Shown here: positions 1-11,200 of the stretch, piece after piece
Layout: every line of letters starts with the position of its first letter
Numbering within the stretch: position 1 is the stretch's first letter
Source of the DNA: Kofleriaceae bacterium
GTDB lineage: Bacteria; Myxococcota_A; Polyangia; Haliangiales; Haliangiaceae
DNA length: 64,000 nt
Reading direction: 5' to 3'
Assembly: GCA_046597055.1 (NCBI GenBank)
Contig: JBKJLC010000202.1
Coordinates: 21,121-85,120 of the forward strand
Notes under the pieces: generated by a model
What the model was told of the DNA's origin: nothing
What the model saw: only the letters and a program-made list of their open reading frames with translations
Database searches by the model: none
Position numbers and translations under genes: made by a program

Positions 1-133
1 CCAGTTTCCGGCGAGGGTCGTGCGCCTCGGCAACGGGGCAACAGGTAGGAGTCATCCCACCAGACAGTCTCAATTTTAGTCCGATACCCCAGAGCGTACC
101 GGAGAACACGCAAAAATCAGGATAAGTAATCCC

Positions 134-3100
134 ATGAGCATGCGTGGGAGCAGCAGCGTGGTCGCGTGGCTGGTCGCGGCCGTGATGCTCCACACGCACG
201 GGACCGCCCACGCAGCCAACGATTTCGCGACGTGTGATCCGGCCGGGCCGTTACCGGTCTGCGACACGCGCAGCGGCATCGGCAGCTGCTGTCGGCGCCA
301 GTTTTCCGCCGGCTCGGTCATCATCCCGATGGACCGATGTCATCAGCTCGGCTCGGCCCCAGGTAATACCGTCAACAACTGGTGCGTGAACCCGTCGTCC
401 GGGAACGGCGACCACATCTACGGCCTGGTCTACCGGCTCATGCAGCAGGGGATCCCGGTCTACTGGGTCATCAACCCGAGCAAGCTGCCGACCGACAACG
501 TCACCGCCAACAAGACCGACATCGACTTCTGGGCGATCGGGGCCGGGTGCACGGTCGACCCGCGGACCCTGAACGCGGCGATGCCGGCGGCCAATGGCAC
601 CACGTGCAAGGCGCCGGTGCTGAAGCTCAACACCGCCACCAGCCCGTCGACGCTCTCGACGATCGCGGGCTCCTACACCGGCGCGGCCATCCCGTTCCGC
701 AGCGGCGCCTTTGTGATCGACTACAACGACCGGGCTCGCTTCAACCAGTACTGGGCGCGGCAGGGCCCCTTCGCCGCGCTGACCTCACCCGCGCATGACT
801 TCCGCGGCGTCAACATGTACGAGCTGCAGGCCAACGCCGCGCTGGCCTTCCAGGACTATCGGACGGCCGCGCCCTACGCCTACTACGTAGGGGGCTCGAC
901 CACCGCGCCGGTGGCGTCGACCATCGACCAGGCGCCGCCGAAGCTCGCGACCGTTTTCAGCTCGCAAGCCAAGCAATGGCTCGCCAAGGCCAACCTGGAC
1001 TACCCCGCGGGCAGCTGCTCGAGCGCGGCCTGGAACGTCAACGACGTCTACTGCGACATCTCGGAAGCGCAGATCCAGCGCGGCCTCCTGATCAGCAAGA
1101 GCTTCACCTCCCTGTGGGCCGATGTCAGCGTCTCGTGCGCCACCGCGACCAAGATCGGCGACTGGCTGCAGGCGGTGCCAAACGTCCGCACCGCTGGCAC
1201 CGCGGCCGTGATCGGGGCGTCCACCGTCGAGGCCTGGGAGGGATGCAACCTGTCATGGCGTTCGTCGCAGGCTGGGCTGACCCGCGCCAACGGGCCGACC
1301 ACCCAGTACGTCATCCCGAACCCGCAGAGCCTGTTCGTGCAGTTCGGCGACGTCCAGGCCAGCTTCCAGCCGGGGCAAGGCGCCAAGTGGTCGATCAACA
1401 CCGGTTACAAGCCGGCGATCACGTCGCTCAACCGGGTGATCGTCGAGGACGTGGCCAGCCCGGTCTGCGACAACCCCCGCTACTCGACGCGCAAAGCCGG
1501 CTGCTTCAGCGGCGGCGACAATGTCGACAACGTCTCGTACTATCGCCGACCGAACGCCAACGGCACCCAGAGCACCATCAACGGCGTGGTGTTCTACTTC
1601 GGCGGTCAGAACCCGAAGACCCAGCCGCCGCACTGGCGCATGCTGATGAACGCCTTCATCGGGCTACCCGGCAGCTCGGTCCCACAGCTGGCGCCGCCTC
1701 CGGTGGAGGTGGCGCGCGCGGCCCCGATCGCGCTCCAGCTGGGCAACCAACTGCATCAGCTGCAGGGCAGCCAGATGGTCTACACCACCGCAGTCACGCC
1801 GCCGACCTTCACCAGCGGGACCGCCGCCAGCTTCGTGTTCCCACACTTCTGGGGCCACTTCCGGGCCATCCCGATCACCTCGCGGACGGGCGCCTCGGCG
1901 TTCACCACCGCGACCTGGGACGCCAACGCTTGGCTGGAGGCAGCCCAGGGCGCCGACCGCGTCATCTTCACCAACACCACCACCGGCCTGGCTCCGACCC
2001 GGCTCGACTTCACGGCAGCCAACGCCAGTACCCTCAAGGCCAGCCTCGGGTTCGCCGCCACCGCCGACGCCAGCGGGCTGATCTCCCTCGTCCGGGCTGG
2101 CAGCAACGGCCGCCCGCGGCTCGGTGCCGTCGATCGCTCGGCGGCGGCGGTGGTCGGCCCGAGCCCCACAGCGGGCCTCGCGACCCGCCCGCAGGTCGCC
2201 TTCTTCGGCGCACTCGACGGCATGCTGCACGCGGTTTGTGTCGAGTCGGCCAATGGCTGCACGGCCGGCCGCGAGCTGTGGGCGTTCCTGCCGCGCACGC
2301 AGCTGCCGACGCTCAGCACCAACACCAGTCGCATCGACGGTTCGCCTGCGGTCGCCGACGTGTTCGACGACATCGAGGGCGACGGCACCAAGGAGTGGCG
2401 CACCATCCTGGTGTTCCAGACCGGCAGTGGCACCGCGGGCAGCACGACCACGCCGCCGGCCGCTTACGCCTTGGACGTCACCGATCCGACCGTGCCGCCG
2501 AAGCTGCTGTGGGAGCGCGTGCTGCCCGGCGTCGGCTTGAGCGTCACCATGGGGTCGGTGCGCGTGGGCGCCACGCGCCGGCACCTCACCTTCCTCGCCA
2601 CCAACAAGGGCAGCACCGCGGGCATACAGGTGATCGCGGTCAACACCACGACCGGCAACCGATCGACGGGCTCCGACTACCACTGGATGTTCGATCGCAC
2701 CTACACGATGAACGGCATGCCCGCGACCGGCAGCCCAGGCGGCGTCGCCGGCATCGACGCCACCGGCGAGGGCCTGCTCACGGACCTCCTGGTCCCAACA
2801 CTGGAGGGCAAGCTGTACCGGCTCGATGCGAGCTCCGGCCAGACCCCGGTCGGCGTGGTCTCGCCGATCCTCGCGTTCGAGGGCGTCAACCATCCGATCG
2901 GCAGCGCGCCCACGGTCTGGAAGGACCCCGCGGGCAAGCTGCACACCGCGGTGGTCAGTGGCGGCTACATCGACAACGTCGCGTTCACGAGCGCCTGGGT
3001 GCCACTGGGCCAGAAGGCGCACTACGTCGTCAGCGTGCCGATCGAGGGGAAGACCACACTCACGATCGCCGACGACGGCACGGTGAGCGGCGGCCCCGCC

Positions 3101-3460
3101 GACTTCGTACGCTCCTACGGGAACTCCAGCCGAGCGGTCGGCCAGGCGGTGGTCTCCGGCGAGGACCTCTACTTCCTGACCGACAGCGACGCCTACCCCA
3201 ACGCGCGGACCTACGGGCTCGCCGGCGATACCGGCGCGATGTTCCGCGTCGGGTTGGTCAACCCCCCGGTGTCCCTCACGTCCACCGCGGTGGCCGGCGG
3301 CGGCGGCCTCGATGTCGTGAACGGACAGGTGCTGGTTGGCGCTGGCCGAGAGGGCGCGCGCAGCATCGACCATACCGGCGACTACACGGCGACGGAGGGC
3401 ACGGAGCCCGCGGCCATCGAGAACCTGCGCCGCATCATGTGGATGACCAGCAACGAATAG
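134..3460 (+). CDS. PilY1/PilC-like type IV pilus tip adhesin with Cys-rich atypical N-terminal region
   Basis: Signal peptide. C-terminal PilC beta-propeller motifs FFGALDGMLHAV, GRELWAFLPR, IDGSPAVADV, WRTILV and YALDVTDP..LLWE. Confidence 0.85.
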   Translation: MSMRGSSSVVAWLVAAVMLHTHGTAHAANDFATCDPAGPLPVCDTRSGIGSCCRRQFSAGSVIIPMDRCHQLGSAPGNTVNNWCVNPSSGNGDHIYGLVYRLMQQGIPVYWVINPSKLPTDNVTANKTDIDFWAIGAGCTVDPRTLNAAMPAANGTTCKAPVLKLNTATSPSTLSTIAGSYTGAAIPFRSGAFVIDYNDRARFNQYWARQGPFAALTSPAHDFRGVNMYELQANAALAFQDYRTAAPYAYYVGGSTTAPVASTIDQAPPKLATVFSSQAKQWLAKANLDYPAGSCSSAAWNVNDVYCDISEAQIQRGLLISKSFTSLWADVSVSCATATKIGDWLQAVPNVRTAGTAAVIGASTVEAWEGCNLSWRSSQAGLTRANGPTTQYVIPNPQSLFVQFGDVQASFQPGQGAKWSINTGYKPAITSLNRVIVEDVASPVCDNPRYSTRKAGCFSGGDNVDNVSYYRRPNANGTQSTINGVVFYFGGQNPKTQPPHWRMLMNAFIGLPGSSVPQLAPPPVEVARAAPIALQLGNQLHQLQGSQMVYTTAVTPPTFTSGTAASFVFPHFWGHFRAIPITSRTGASAFTTATWDANAWLEAAQGADRVIFTNTTTGLAPTRLDFTAANASTLKASLGFAATADASGLISLVRAGSNGRPRLGAVDRSAAAVVGPSPTAGLATRPQVAFFGALDGMLHAVCVESANGCTAGRELWAFLPRTQLPTLSTNTSRIDGSPAVADVFDDIEGDGTKEWRTILVFQTGSGTAGSTTTPPAAYALDVTDPTVPPKLLWERVLPGVGLSVTMGSVRVGATRRHLTFLATNKGSTAGIQVIAVNTTTGNRSTGSDYHWMFDRTYTMNGMPATGSPGGVAGIDATGEGLLTDLLVPTLEGKLYRLDASSGQTPVGVVSPILAFEGVNHPIGSAPTVWKDPAGKLHTAVVSGGYIDNVAFTSAWVPLGQKAHYVVSVPIEGKTTLTIADDGTVSGGPADFVRSYGNSSRAVGQAVVSGEDLYFLTDSDAYPNARTYGLAGDTGAMFRVGLVNPPVSLTSTAVAGGGGLDVVNGQVLVGAGREGARSIDHTGDYTATEGTEPAAIENLRRIMWMTSNE

Positions 3461-3810
3461 GGGGGCGCGTATCGAACTTGGGTGTGGCGACGCGCAAGCT
3501 TCGCCTCGTCGGCCTGACGCTGGTAGTGCGTGGACGCTGGGAGGTGGAGACCAGCCCCACTCGACCGGCGCCATGACGTGTCCGTGGTCGACCGAGCATC
3601 GAACCCCGGCTTCGTGCTGACCCGAAACGCGGGGATTGGCTTGACCACCGCCCGGACCGGCGTCGCATGGTGGTGCGATGTCGGTGCGATGTGGCGATGA
3701 CAGGGCATGCAAGGGCGTTCTCGGCGCCCGCTCGCGACCGGCATCGAGTAGCCTCGATCAGACAGACGCGCGTCGCCCATCCGCCTCGCCCATCCGCCTC
3801 GCCCATCCGC

Positions 3811-4341
3811 ATGATGCAGCAGAACTCCCCGTCGCCCCTCCCGCCACCGGCCCCGGTGACCACCCGCGAGCGCGCGGTCGTCCGCATCGCAACCGCCGCC
3901 GATGCCGAGCAGATCTGCGTGGTCTACCGCCGGTCGGTGCGCGAGCGCGCGCGGGGTGCCTACACGCCCGAGCAGCTCGCCGGCTGGGGCGCCGGTCGCT
4001 GCGCCGCCGACTACCGCGCTGCGATGGCGCGCGGCGAGACGCTGTTCGTGGCCGAGATCGACGGCATCGTGGTCGGGTTCGCGTCGCTGGTCCGCCGCGA
4101 GGTCCAGGCGGTGTACGTGATCCCGGAGGGTCGGGGCCAGGGCACCGGCCTCCTGGCCGCGGTCGAGGTCGAGGCGCGGCGCCGCGGCCTCACCGCGCTC
4201 GACGTGCACGCCTCGCTCAACGCCGCCGGGTTCTACCGCCGGCATGGCTACGACGGCGACGATCAGGTCGAGATCACGCTGCCCGGCGGGACTCGCATCG
4301 AGTCGATCGTCATGCACAAGCCGCTGCACGACGAGCCCTGA
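3811..4341 (+). CDS. GNAT family N-acetyltransferase
   Basis: IVVGFASL, VYVIPEGRGQGTG (acetyl-CoA loop), ASLNAAGFYRRHGY. Start inferred. Confidence 0.88.
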   Translation: MMQQNSPSPLPPPAPVTTRERAVVRIATAADAEQICVVYRRSVRERARGAYTPEQLAGWGAGRCAADYRAAMARGETLFVAEIDGIVVGFASLVRREVQAVYVIPEGRGQGTGLLAAVEVEARRRGLTALDVHASLNAAGFYRRHGYDGDDQVEITLPGGTRIESIVMHKPLHDEP

Positions 4342-4446
4342 CCGCGGGCGCCCGTGGCGCCGCGCGCCGTTGCCGCGTCCGCCGGGCCGAAACGCAAACC
4401 GCCCGCCAGTGGTGGCGGGCGGAAGGCCGGGCGCGTCGGCCGTGGG

Positions 4447-5811
4447 TCACTCGGGGGTGCAGGTGGCGCTGCAGCCGTCGTTGCCGACCGCGTTGCCATC
4501 GTCACACTGCTCGCCGAGGTGGGTGCGGAGCGAGGCGGTGACGTCCTCGGACGAGCCGGCCAGGCACAGGTTGGTGGTGCTCACGCTCGGGTCGCTGCCG
4601 CCGGCATCGAACAGGGTCAGCACCTGCTTGGTGGCGGTGGGGTCGGCGATCTCGACGGTGGCCCAGGCGAGCAGGGTGCGGCCCGGGGCCGAGATCTCGA
4701 GGTCGACGCTGCCGGCGAGGAGCTCGAGCACCGACGGCTCGGACAGGGTCACCTGGCGAACCTGCGGATTGCAGGTGCAGCCGACGCCGCTCGCCGCGGT
4801 GCGCACGACCTCGACGCCGCCGATCGAGAAGGCGATCTGGTTGGGGCCGTCGCAGGCGGTCGCCAGCCAGGTCAGCGTGATGGACTGGGCGCCGACGGCG
4901 GGGTTGACCTCGCCGTCGCCGCACTCGACGACCGGCGCGATGTCGACGGTGGCCCAGCCAACGTCGACCGCCAGGCCGTCCGTGGCCAGGTACTCGAAGC
5001 CGGCCACGCCGTGGTGGTTCGGGGTCGGCGTGAAGATGACCTGGGTATCGACCAGCGCGACCGTGCCGCCGATCGCGCGGCCGGTGTCCAGCACCCACAG
5101 GGTCTGGCCGTCGGCGTCGCGATCGTTGGCGACCAGGGTGGTGCCGTCGACCGCCAGCGCCTGGTCCTCGACCGCATCGACGTGGTCGGCCTCGGCGACC
5201 GGGACGTCGTTGACGCCGCCGACCGAGATCTGGACGCGGGCCGCGGCCGTCAGCTCACCGTCGGACACCAGGTAGGTGAAGCCCGCCTTGCCGGTGTAGT
5301 TCACCGCGGGCGCGAAGACCATCGCGCCATCGGTCATGACCACGGTGCCGCCGACCGCGCCGCCCACGCCGACCATGGAGAGCAAGCCGCGCTCGGGGTC
5401 GCGATCGTTGCGCAGCAGGGTCGCCATGGCGATCTCGACCGCGACGTCCTCCTGGGTCGCGACGTGGTCGGGGGCGGCGGTGGGCGCATCGTTGCGGCCG
5501 ATCACGGCGACCTCGATGTAGGCGACCGTCTCCCGCGACCGTGACGTGACGTGCGCGACCACGAGGTCGGAGCCGTCGAAGTCGGTGTCGGGCACGTAGT
5601 TGTAGCGACCACCACTCGCGATCACCGTGCCGTTGGCCGGATCGTCGATCGTGATCGTCACCTCGTCGCCGTCCGGATCGGTGGCCACCACGTCGAACGC
5701 CGTCGCGGTGTCCTCGGCGACGACCAGCCGCTGGGCGGTGATCTCGGGCGGGCGATCCGTGGCGGTGGAACAGGCAGCCGCGAACAGGAACGCTGGGACG
5801 ATGCGACGCAT
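4447..5811 (-). CDS. Lipoprotein with tandem Ig/cadherin-like (Big_9-type) repeats and a myxococcal Cys-rich repeat
   Basis: Lipobox FAAAC. Three repeats with motifs such as V(A/Q)ED, ND.DP(D/E), F.P..N..G...F.Y..SDG. C-terminal GEQCDDGNAVGNDGCSATC. Confidence 0.85.
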   Translation of the reverse strand: MRRIVPAFLFAAACSTATDRPPEITAQRLVVAEDTATAFDVVATDPDGDEVTITIDDPANGTVIASGGRYNYVPDTDFDGSDLVVAHVTSRSRETVAYIEVAVIGRNDAPTAAPDHVATQEDVAVEIAMATLLRNDRDPERGLLSMVGVGGAVGGTVVMTDGAMVFAPAVNYTGKAGFTYLVSDGELTAAARVQISVGGVNDVPVAEADHVDAVEDQALAVDGTTLVANDRDADGQTLWVLDTGRAIGGTVALVDTQVIFTPTPNHHGVAGFEYLATDGLAVDVGWATVDIAPVVECGDGEVNPAVGAQSITLTWLATACDGPNQIAFSIGGVEVVRTAASGVGCTCNPQVRQVTLSEPSVLELLAGSVDLEISAPGRTLLAWATVEIADPTATKQVLTLFDAGGSDPSVSTTNLCLAGSSEDVTASLRTHLGEQCDDGNAVGNDGCSATCTPE

Positions 5812-5910
5812 GACTCCTGACTCGGCCGGTGCGGAAGGGAGTTGAGAGGACGCGACGTTTTTCCGGTACGCGCGCATACATCGCCACCCGACTGTCCTAG
5901 GTTCCCCCTC

Positions 5911-8151
5911 ATGGCGCACACGTGGCATTTCTTCCGGGCGGGTGGGGTCGACCAGGTCAGCATCCGCACCGGCGCGGACCTGATCGCGCTCCCCGAGCTC
6001 GACCAGAAGCTGTGGGTCGCGCTGGCGATGCCGGCGCGCGGCGTCGACATCGATCCGGCCACGCTCGATCTGCTCGACAGCGACCAGGACGGACGGGTCC
6101 GGGCGCCGGACATCCTGGCCGCGGTCGCCTGGATCGCGGCGACCTGGGTCGATCCCGCGGTGGTGCTCACCGGCGGTGTCACGCTGCCGCTCGCGGCGAT
6201 CAAGGCGCCCGCGGTGCTGGCCGCGGCGCGCCGGGTGCTGGCCGGCCTCGGCCAGGCCAGCGCCAGCTCGGTCGCGCTCGACGATGTCGTGGCGGTGGTG
6301 AAGACGTTCGCCAGCACCCGGCTCAACGGCGATGGCGTGGTCCCCGCCGACAGCGCCGATGCGCCGGCCCTGAAGCAGACCATCGAAGAGGCCATCGCCG
6401 GCGTGGGCTCGGTGGTCGACCGCAGCGGGAAGCTCGGCCTCGACCAGACGCTGGCCGACGGGTTCTTCACCGACGTCGATCTGCGCGCGACCTGGCTGGC
6501 CGGCGGGGCTCCGGTCCGGTCGTTTGGTGAGCGCACCACCGCCGCGGCCGACGCGCTGGCCGCGGTCCGCGCCAAGCTCGACGATTACTTCGCCCGCTGC
6601 CAGCTGGCCGCGTTCGATCCGCGCGCGGTGGCCGGGCTCAACGGCCAGGACGCCGACTTCGCCGCGCTCGGCGCCAAGACCATCGGGCCCACCGACGACG
6701 ACGTGGCCCGGCTCCCACTGGCGCGGATCGAGCCAGGCCGGTCGGCGCCCCTGCGGGGTCCGGTCAACCCGGCGTGGGCGGCGCGGCTGGCCACGTTCGC
6801 CGAGGCCTGCGTGACGCCGATCGTCGGCGCACGCGACGTGCTGACCAGCGAGGAGTACGCGACGATCGTCGCCCGGCTGGCGCCGTTCGACACCTGGCGC
6901 GGCGCGAAGCCGACCACCAAGGCCGATCACCTCGACGAGGCGCGGGTGGTGGCGCTCGCGGCCGGCTCCGAGCGGGTCGAGCTCGCCGCGCTGATCGCGG
7001 CCGACCACGCGCTCGAGCCCGAGTACGCGGCGATCGCGTCGGTGGAGAAGCTGCTGCGGCTGCAGCGCGACTTCGGCCGCATCCTGCGCAACTTCGTCAA
7101 CTTCTCGGACTTCTATACCAAGCGCGACGGCGCGTTCCAGGCCGGCGCGCTCTACCTCGACGGCCGCGCCTTCAAGCTGGTGGTGCCGGTCGCCGACGCC
7201 GCCAAGCACGCCTCCCTGGCCCCGATGTCGTCGGCGTACCTGGCGTACTGCGACCTGACCCGCGGCGCGGCGAAGCGGTCGATCGCGGTCGGCGTGACCA
7301 ACGGCGACACCGACAACATCTTCGTCGGCCGCAACGGCGTGTTCTACGATCGCGCCGGCGACGACTGGGATGCCACGGTCGCCAGGATCGTCGCCAACCC
7401 GGTCAGCGTGCGCCAGGCATTCTGGACGCCCTACAAGAAGCTCGTGCGGATGATCGACGAGCAGGTCTCCAAGCGCGCCGCCGAGGCGGATGCCAAGTCG
7501 CAAGCCTCGGTCGGGTCCACCGCAACCAAGGTGGCCACCGTCGACCAGCCGGCGCCGGGCACCGTGATCCCGCCACCGGCGCCCGTCCCCGACGCGGCGG
7601 CCGCCGCCCCGCCGGCCAAGAAGGGGTTCGACATCGGCGTCATCGCGGTGATGAGCCTGGTGATCACGTCGATCGCCGGCCTGATCGTGGGCGTCGCGGT
7701 CGGGTTGGTCGGGATGGGCTGGTGGGCGCCGTTCGGCGTCATCGGGCTCGTCCTCGCGATCAGCGGCCCCGCCATGCTGCTGGCGTGGATGAAGCTGCGC
7801 CAGCGCAACCTGGGGCCGCTCCTCGACGCCAACGGGTGGGCGGTGAATTCGCGGGCGCGGGTCAACGTCAAGTTCGGCGCCGCGCTCACGCACCTGGCCG
7901 TGCTGCCCAAGGGCTCGACCCGCTCGCTCGAGGATCCGTTCGCCGACAAGCGCCGACCGTGGAAGCTCTACGCGGTCCTCGTCGTGCTGCTGGTCCTGGC
8001 GGCCAGCTGGTACGTCGGCAAGCTCGATCGCTGGCTCCCGCCGGCGGCGAAGAGCACCAGCGTGCTCGGTGACAACGCGCCCGCGAAGGCGAAGGCCGAG
8101 CGCGCGACGACCATCACGGTCGATCCGGCGGCCGCGCCCGCGAAACCCTGA
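5911..8151 (+). CDS. Conserved hypothetical membrane protein with EF-hand-like motif
   Basis: 746-aa ORF with typical GC3 bias, DSDQDGRVRAPD EF-hand-like loop and about three C-terminal TM helices. Confidence 0.75.
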   Translation: MAHTWHFFRAGGVDQVSIRTGADLIALPELDQKLWVALAMPARGVDIDPATLDLLDSDQDGRVRAPDILAAVAWIAATWVDPAVVLTGGVTLPLAAIKAPAVLAAARRVLAGLGQASASSVALDDVVAVVKTFASTRLNGDGVVPADSADAPALKQTIEEAIAGVGSVVDRSGKLGLDQTLADGFFTDVDLRATWLAGGAPVRSFGERTTAAADALAAVRAKLDDYFARCQLAAFDPRAVAGLNGQDADFAALGAKTIGPTDDDVARLPLARIEPGRSAPLRGPVNPAWAARLATFAEACVTPIVGARDVLTSEEYATIVARLAPFDTWRGAKPTTKADHLDEARVVALAAGSERVELAALIAADHALEPEYAAIASVEKLLRLQRDFGRILRNFVNFSDFYTKRDGAFQAGALYLDGRAFKLVVPVADAAKHASLAPMSSAYLAYCDLTRGAAKRSIAVGVTNGDTDNIFVGRNGVFYDRAGDDWDATVARIVANPVSVRQAFWTPYKKLVRMIDEQVSKRAAEADAKSQASVGSTATKVATVDQPAPGTVIPPPAPVPDAAAAAPPAKKGFDIGVIAVMSLVITSIAGLIVGVAVGLVGMGWWAPFGVIGLVLAISGPAMLLAWMKLRQRNLGPLLDANGWAVNSRARVNVKFGAALTHLAVLPKGSTRSLEDPFADKRRPWKLYAVLVVLLVLAASWYVGKLDRWLPPAAKSTSVLGDNAPAKAKAERATTITVDPAAAPAKP

Positions 8152-8277
8152 CCGCACGTCACCTCGGGGTTTCGCCGGGTCCGTGCGCTTGACCACGCCC
8201 GGGGTGCGCGCGACCGTGCCGATGGCGCCCCGGGTAGAGCGATGGATGGCGGCGCGCGTTGCAGGCCTCAGGAGCTA

Positions 8278-11200
8278 ATGTTGAAACGATCGAACTCGTT
8301 CCGTGCCGTGGCGCTCGCCGTGGTCGTGCAGCTGGTCGCCCTCTCGTGTGGCGGCAAGCAGCCACCCAAGCAACCTGGGACCGGTGGGGTCGGCGGCGGT
8401 CAGCCGCTGATCCAGACCGGCGACGCGCCGCCCGGCATCACGCTGCGGCTCTCCGACGGCAACCAGGGCCGGCCGGCCGCCGACCGCTCGAAGCTGCCGC
8501 CAGCGACCAAGCTGACCGACGCCGAGGCCGAAGCGATCCTGGCACGGCTGGCGCCGATCGGCGCCAAGCCCGACGACCAGGCCGGGTTCGCGCTCCGCGA
8601 CCGCTCGACCCCGCCGCCGCGCACCGGCAAGACGCTTCGGGACAAGTTCCCGCCGCCGAACCCGTTCGCTGGCAAGCCGCCGAGCACCAACGACGCCGGC
8701 CAGGACCTGACGATCCTGCGCTGGGCGCCCGAGGGCGACGTGCCGCTGGCGCCGACGCTGCAGCTCACCTTCTCGCAGCCGATGATCGCGGTGACGTCGC
8801 AGGACGACGCGGCCAGGACGGTGCCGGTCACGCTGACCCCGACGCCGAAGGGACGCTGGCGCTGGCTGGGCACCCGCACCCTGATCTTCGATCCCGAGGT
8901 CCGGTTCCCGCAGGCGACGACGTACACGGTCGCGATCGCCAAGGGCACCAGCTCGGCGACCGGCAACGTCCTGAAGGACGGCAAGACCTTCACCTTCACC
9001 ACCCCGGCGCCGCGGATGATGTCGATGTGGCCCGATCAGGGGCCGCAGCAGCTCGATACGCCCATGTTCGTGCTGTTCGACCAGCGGATCGATCCGGCCG
9101 CGGTGCTGGCCACGATCAAGGTGGTGGCCAGCGGCAAGACCTACTCGACCCGCCTGCTCACGGCCGAAGAGGTCACGAAGCACGAGTCGATCTCCGGACT
9201 GGTCGCGTCGGCGAAGGCCAACCAGCAGGACGGTCGCTGGGTCGCGTTCCGCGCGGTCGAGACGTTTCCCAAGGACACCGCCATCACGGTGACGATCGGC
9301 CCCGGCACGCCGTCGGCCGAGGGCCCGAACCAGACCAAGGACCCGCAGGCCTACGACTTCGACACCTATCCGCCGCTCAAGATCGTGCGCGCCGAGTGCG
9401 GCTGGGGCGAGTGCCCGCCGGGCGCGCCGTTCACGATCGAGCTCAACAACGCGCTCGATCCCGACCAGTGGGACGACGCCCACATCGCGATCACGCCCGC
9501 GGTGCCGCGGCTGAAGATCGTCCAGAACGGCAACTACATCTCCGCCCAGGGCGCGACCGCCGGTCAGTCGACCTACCGGGTCCGGGTCTCGGGCGGGATC
9601 GTCGACAGCTTCGGCCAGACCCTCGGCAAGGACGCCGAGCTGACCTTCAAGGTCGGCAAGGCCTACCCGAACTTCTACGGTCCGTCGGGGATGATCGCGC
9701 TCGACCCCGCCGCCAAGCAGCCGTCGTTCGACGTCTTCTCGACCAACTACGACGCGCTCAAGGTCCAGCTCTACAAGGTCGAGCCCAAGGACTGGGCCGC
9801 CTACGGCTACTACCTGCAGCACCAGTGGGAGCGCCGGAAGCCGGCGCTGCCGGGGACCAAGGTCTTCGACGAGCGGATCGCCATCAAGGGCAAGGCCGAC
9901 GAGCTCACCGAGACCAAGGTCGCGCTCGCCAAGGCGCTCGGTCGCGGTGGGCTCGGCCACGTGATCGCGGTGGTCGAGCCGACCCCGTGGACGCAGCAGT
10001 ATGATGCGCCCCGGCTGGTGACCTGGATCCAGTCGACCCGGCTCGCGCTCGACGCCGCGGTCGACGCCGAGGAGATGCACGCGTGGGTCAACCGGCTCGG
10101 CGACGGCGCGCCGGTCGCAGGCGCCCAGCTCGCGCTCCTGCCGTGGGGCACCTCGGGCAAGAGCGACGACCGCGGCCTGGCCCGGCTCGCGCTGCAGGAC
10201 CGCGCGATGAAGGGGCCCAACCTCCTGGTCGCCCGCCTGGGCGACGACGTCGCGTTCCTGCCCGACAACAACGGCTGGTACGGCGACAGCGGCCAGTGGC
10301 GCAAGCAGCCACGCACCGACGGCCTGGTCTGGTACGTCACCGACGATCGCCAGATGTACCGGCCCGGCGAGCAGGTTCACCTCAAGGGCTGGATGCGCGT
10401 GCACCAGGGCCGGGAGGGCGGTGACATCGCCGGCGTGAGCGGGCTGGTGTCGTCGGTGAAGTACCGGGTGGTCGACCCGGTCGGCAACGAGATCACCACC
10501 GGCACCGCGCGGGTCTCGACCGTCGGCGGCTTCGACCTCGCGTTCACGTTGCCGAAGACGCCGAACCTGGGCTACGCCTCGGTCTACCTCGAAGCGCAGG
10601 GCCGCATGAGCGGCTCGACCCATCACGGCTTCCAGATCCAGGAGTTCCGCCGGCCCGAGTACGAGGTGTCGGCGCAGGCCAGCCAGGGCCCGCACCTGAT
10701 CGGCGGCAGCGCCGACGTGACCGTGCAGGCCAGCTACTTCGCCGGCGGTGGCCTGCAGGGCGCCGACGTGGCGTGGAACGTGTCGGCCAGCGAGACCTCG
10801 TACACGCCGCCCAACCGCGACGACTTCACCTTCGGCGTGTGGACGCCGTGGTGGGGCTGGCGACGCGGTTGGTGGCAGGGTGACGAGCGGTCCGTGCCGG
10901 AGAAGACCTGGCAGCACACCGCCAAGACCGACGCCACCGGCGCCCACGTGCTGCACTTCGACTTCGTCAGCGCCAACCCGCCGGTGCCGATGAACGTGTC
11001 GGCGAGCGCGGCGGTGACCGACGTCAACCGCCAGCAGTGGACGGCCAGCTCGACCCTGCTGGTCCACCCGTCGAGCGTCTACGTGGGCATGCGCACGCCG
11101 CGCGCGTTCGTCGAGCAGGGCCAGCCGATCGCGCTCGAGACGATCGCGGTCGACCTCGACGGCAAGGCCGTGATCGGCACGACCATCGACGTCAAGACCG

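Noticed and set aside
3461..3560. tRNA-like GTTCGA on the minus strand
   Set aside because: No T-stem pairing or cloverleaf can be built.
3774..3810. 13-bp tandem repeat before the GNAT gene (also the 9-bp CACTACACG x3 at 60610-60636)
   Set aside because: Short slippage repeats with no evidence of function.
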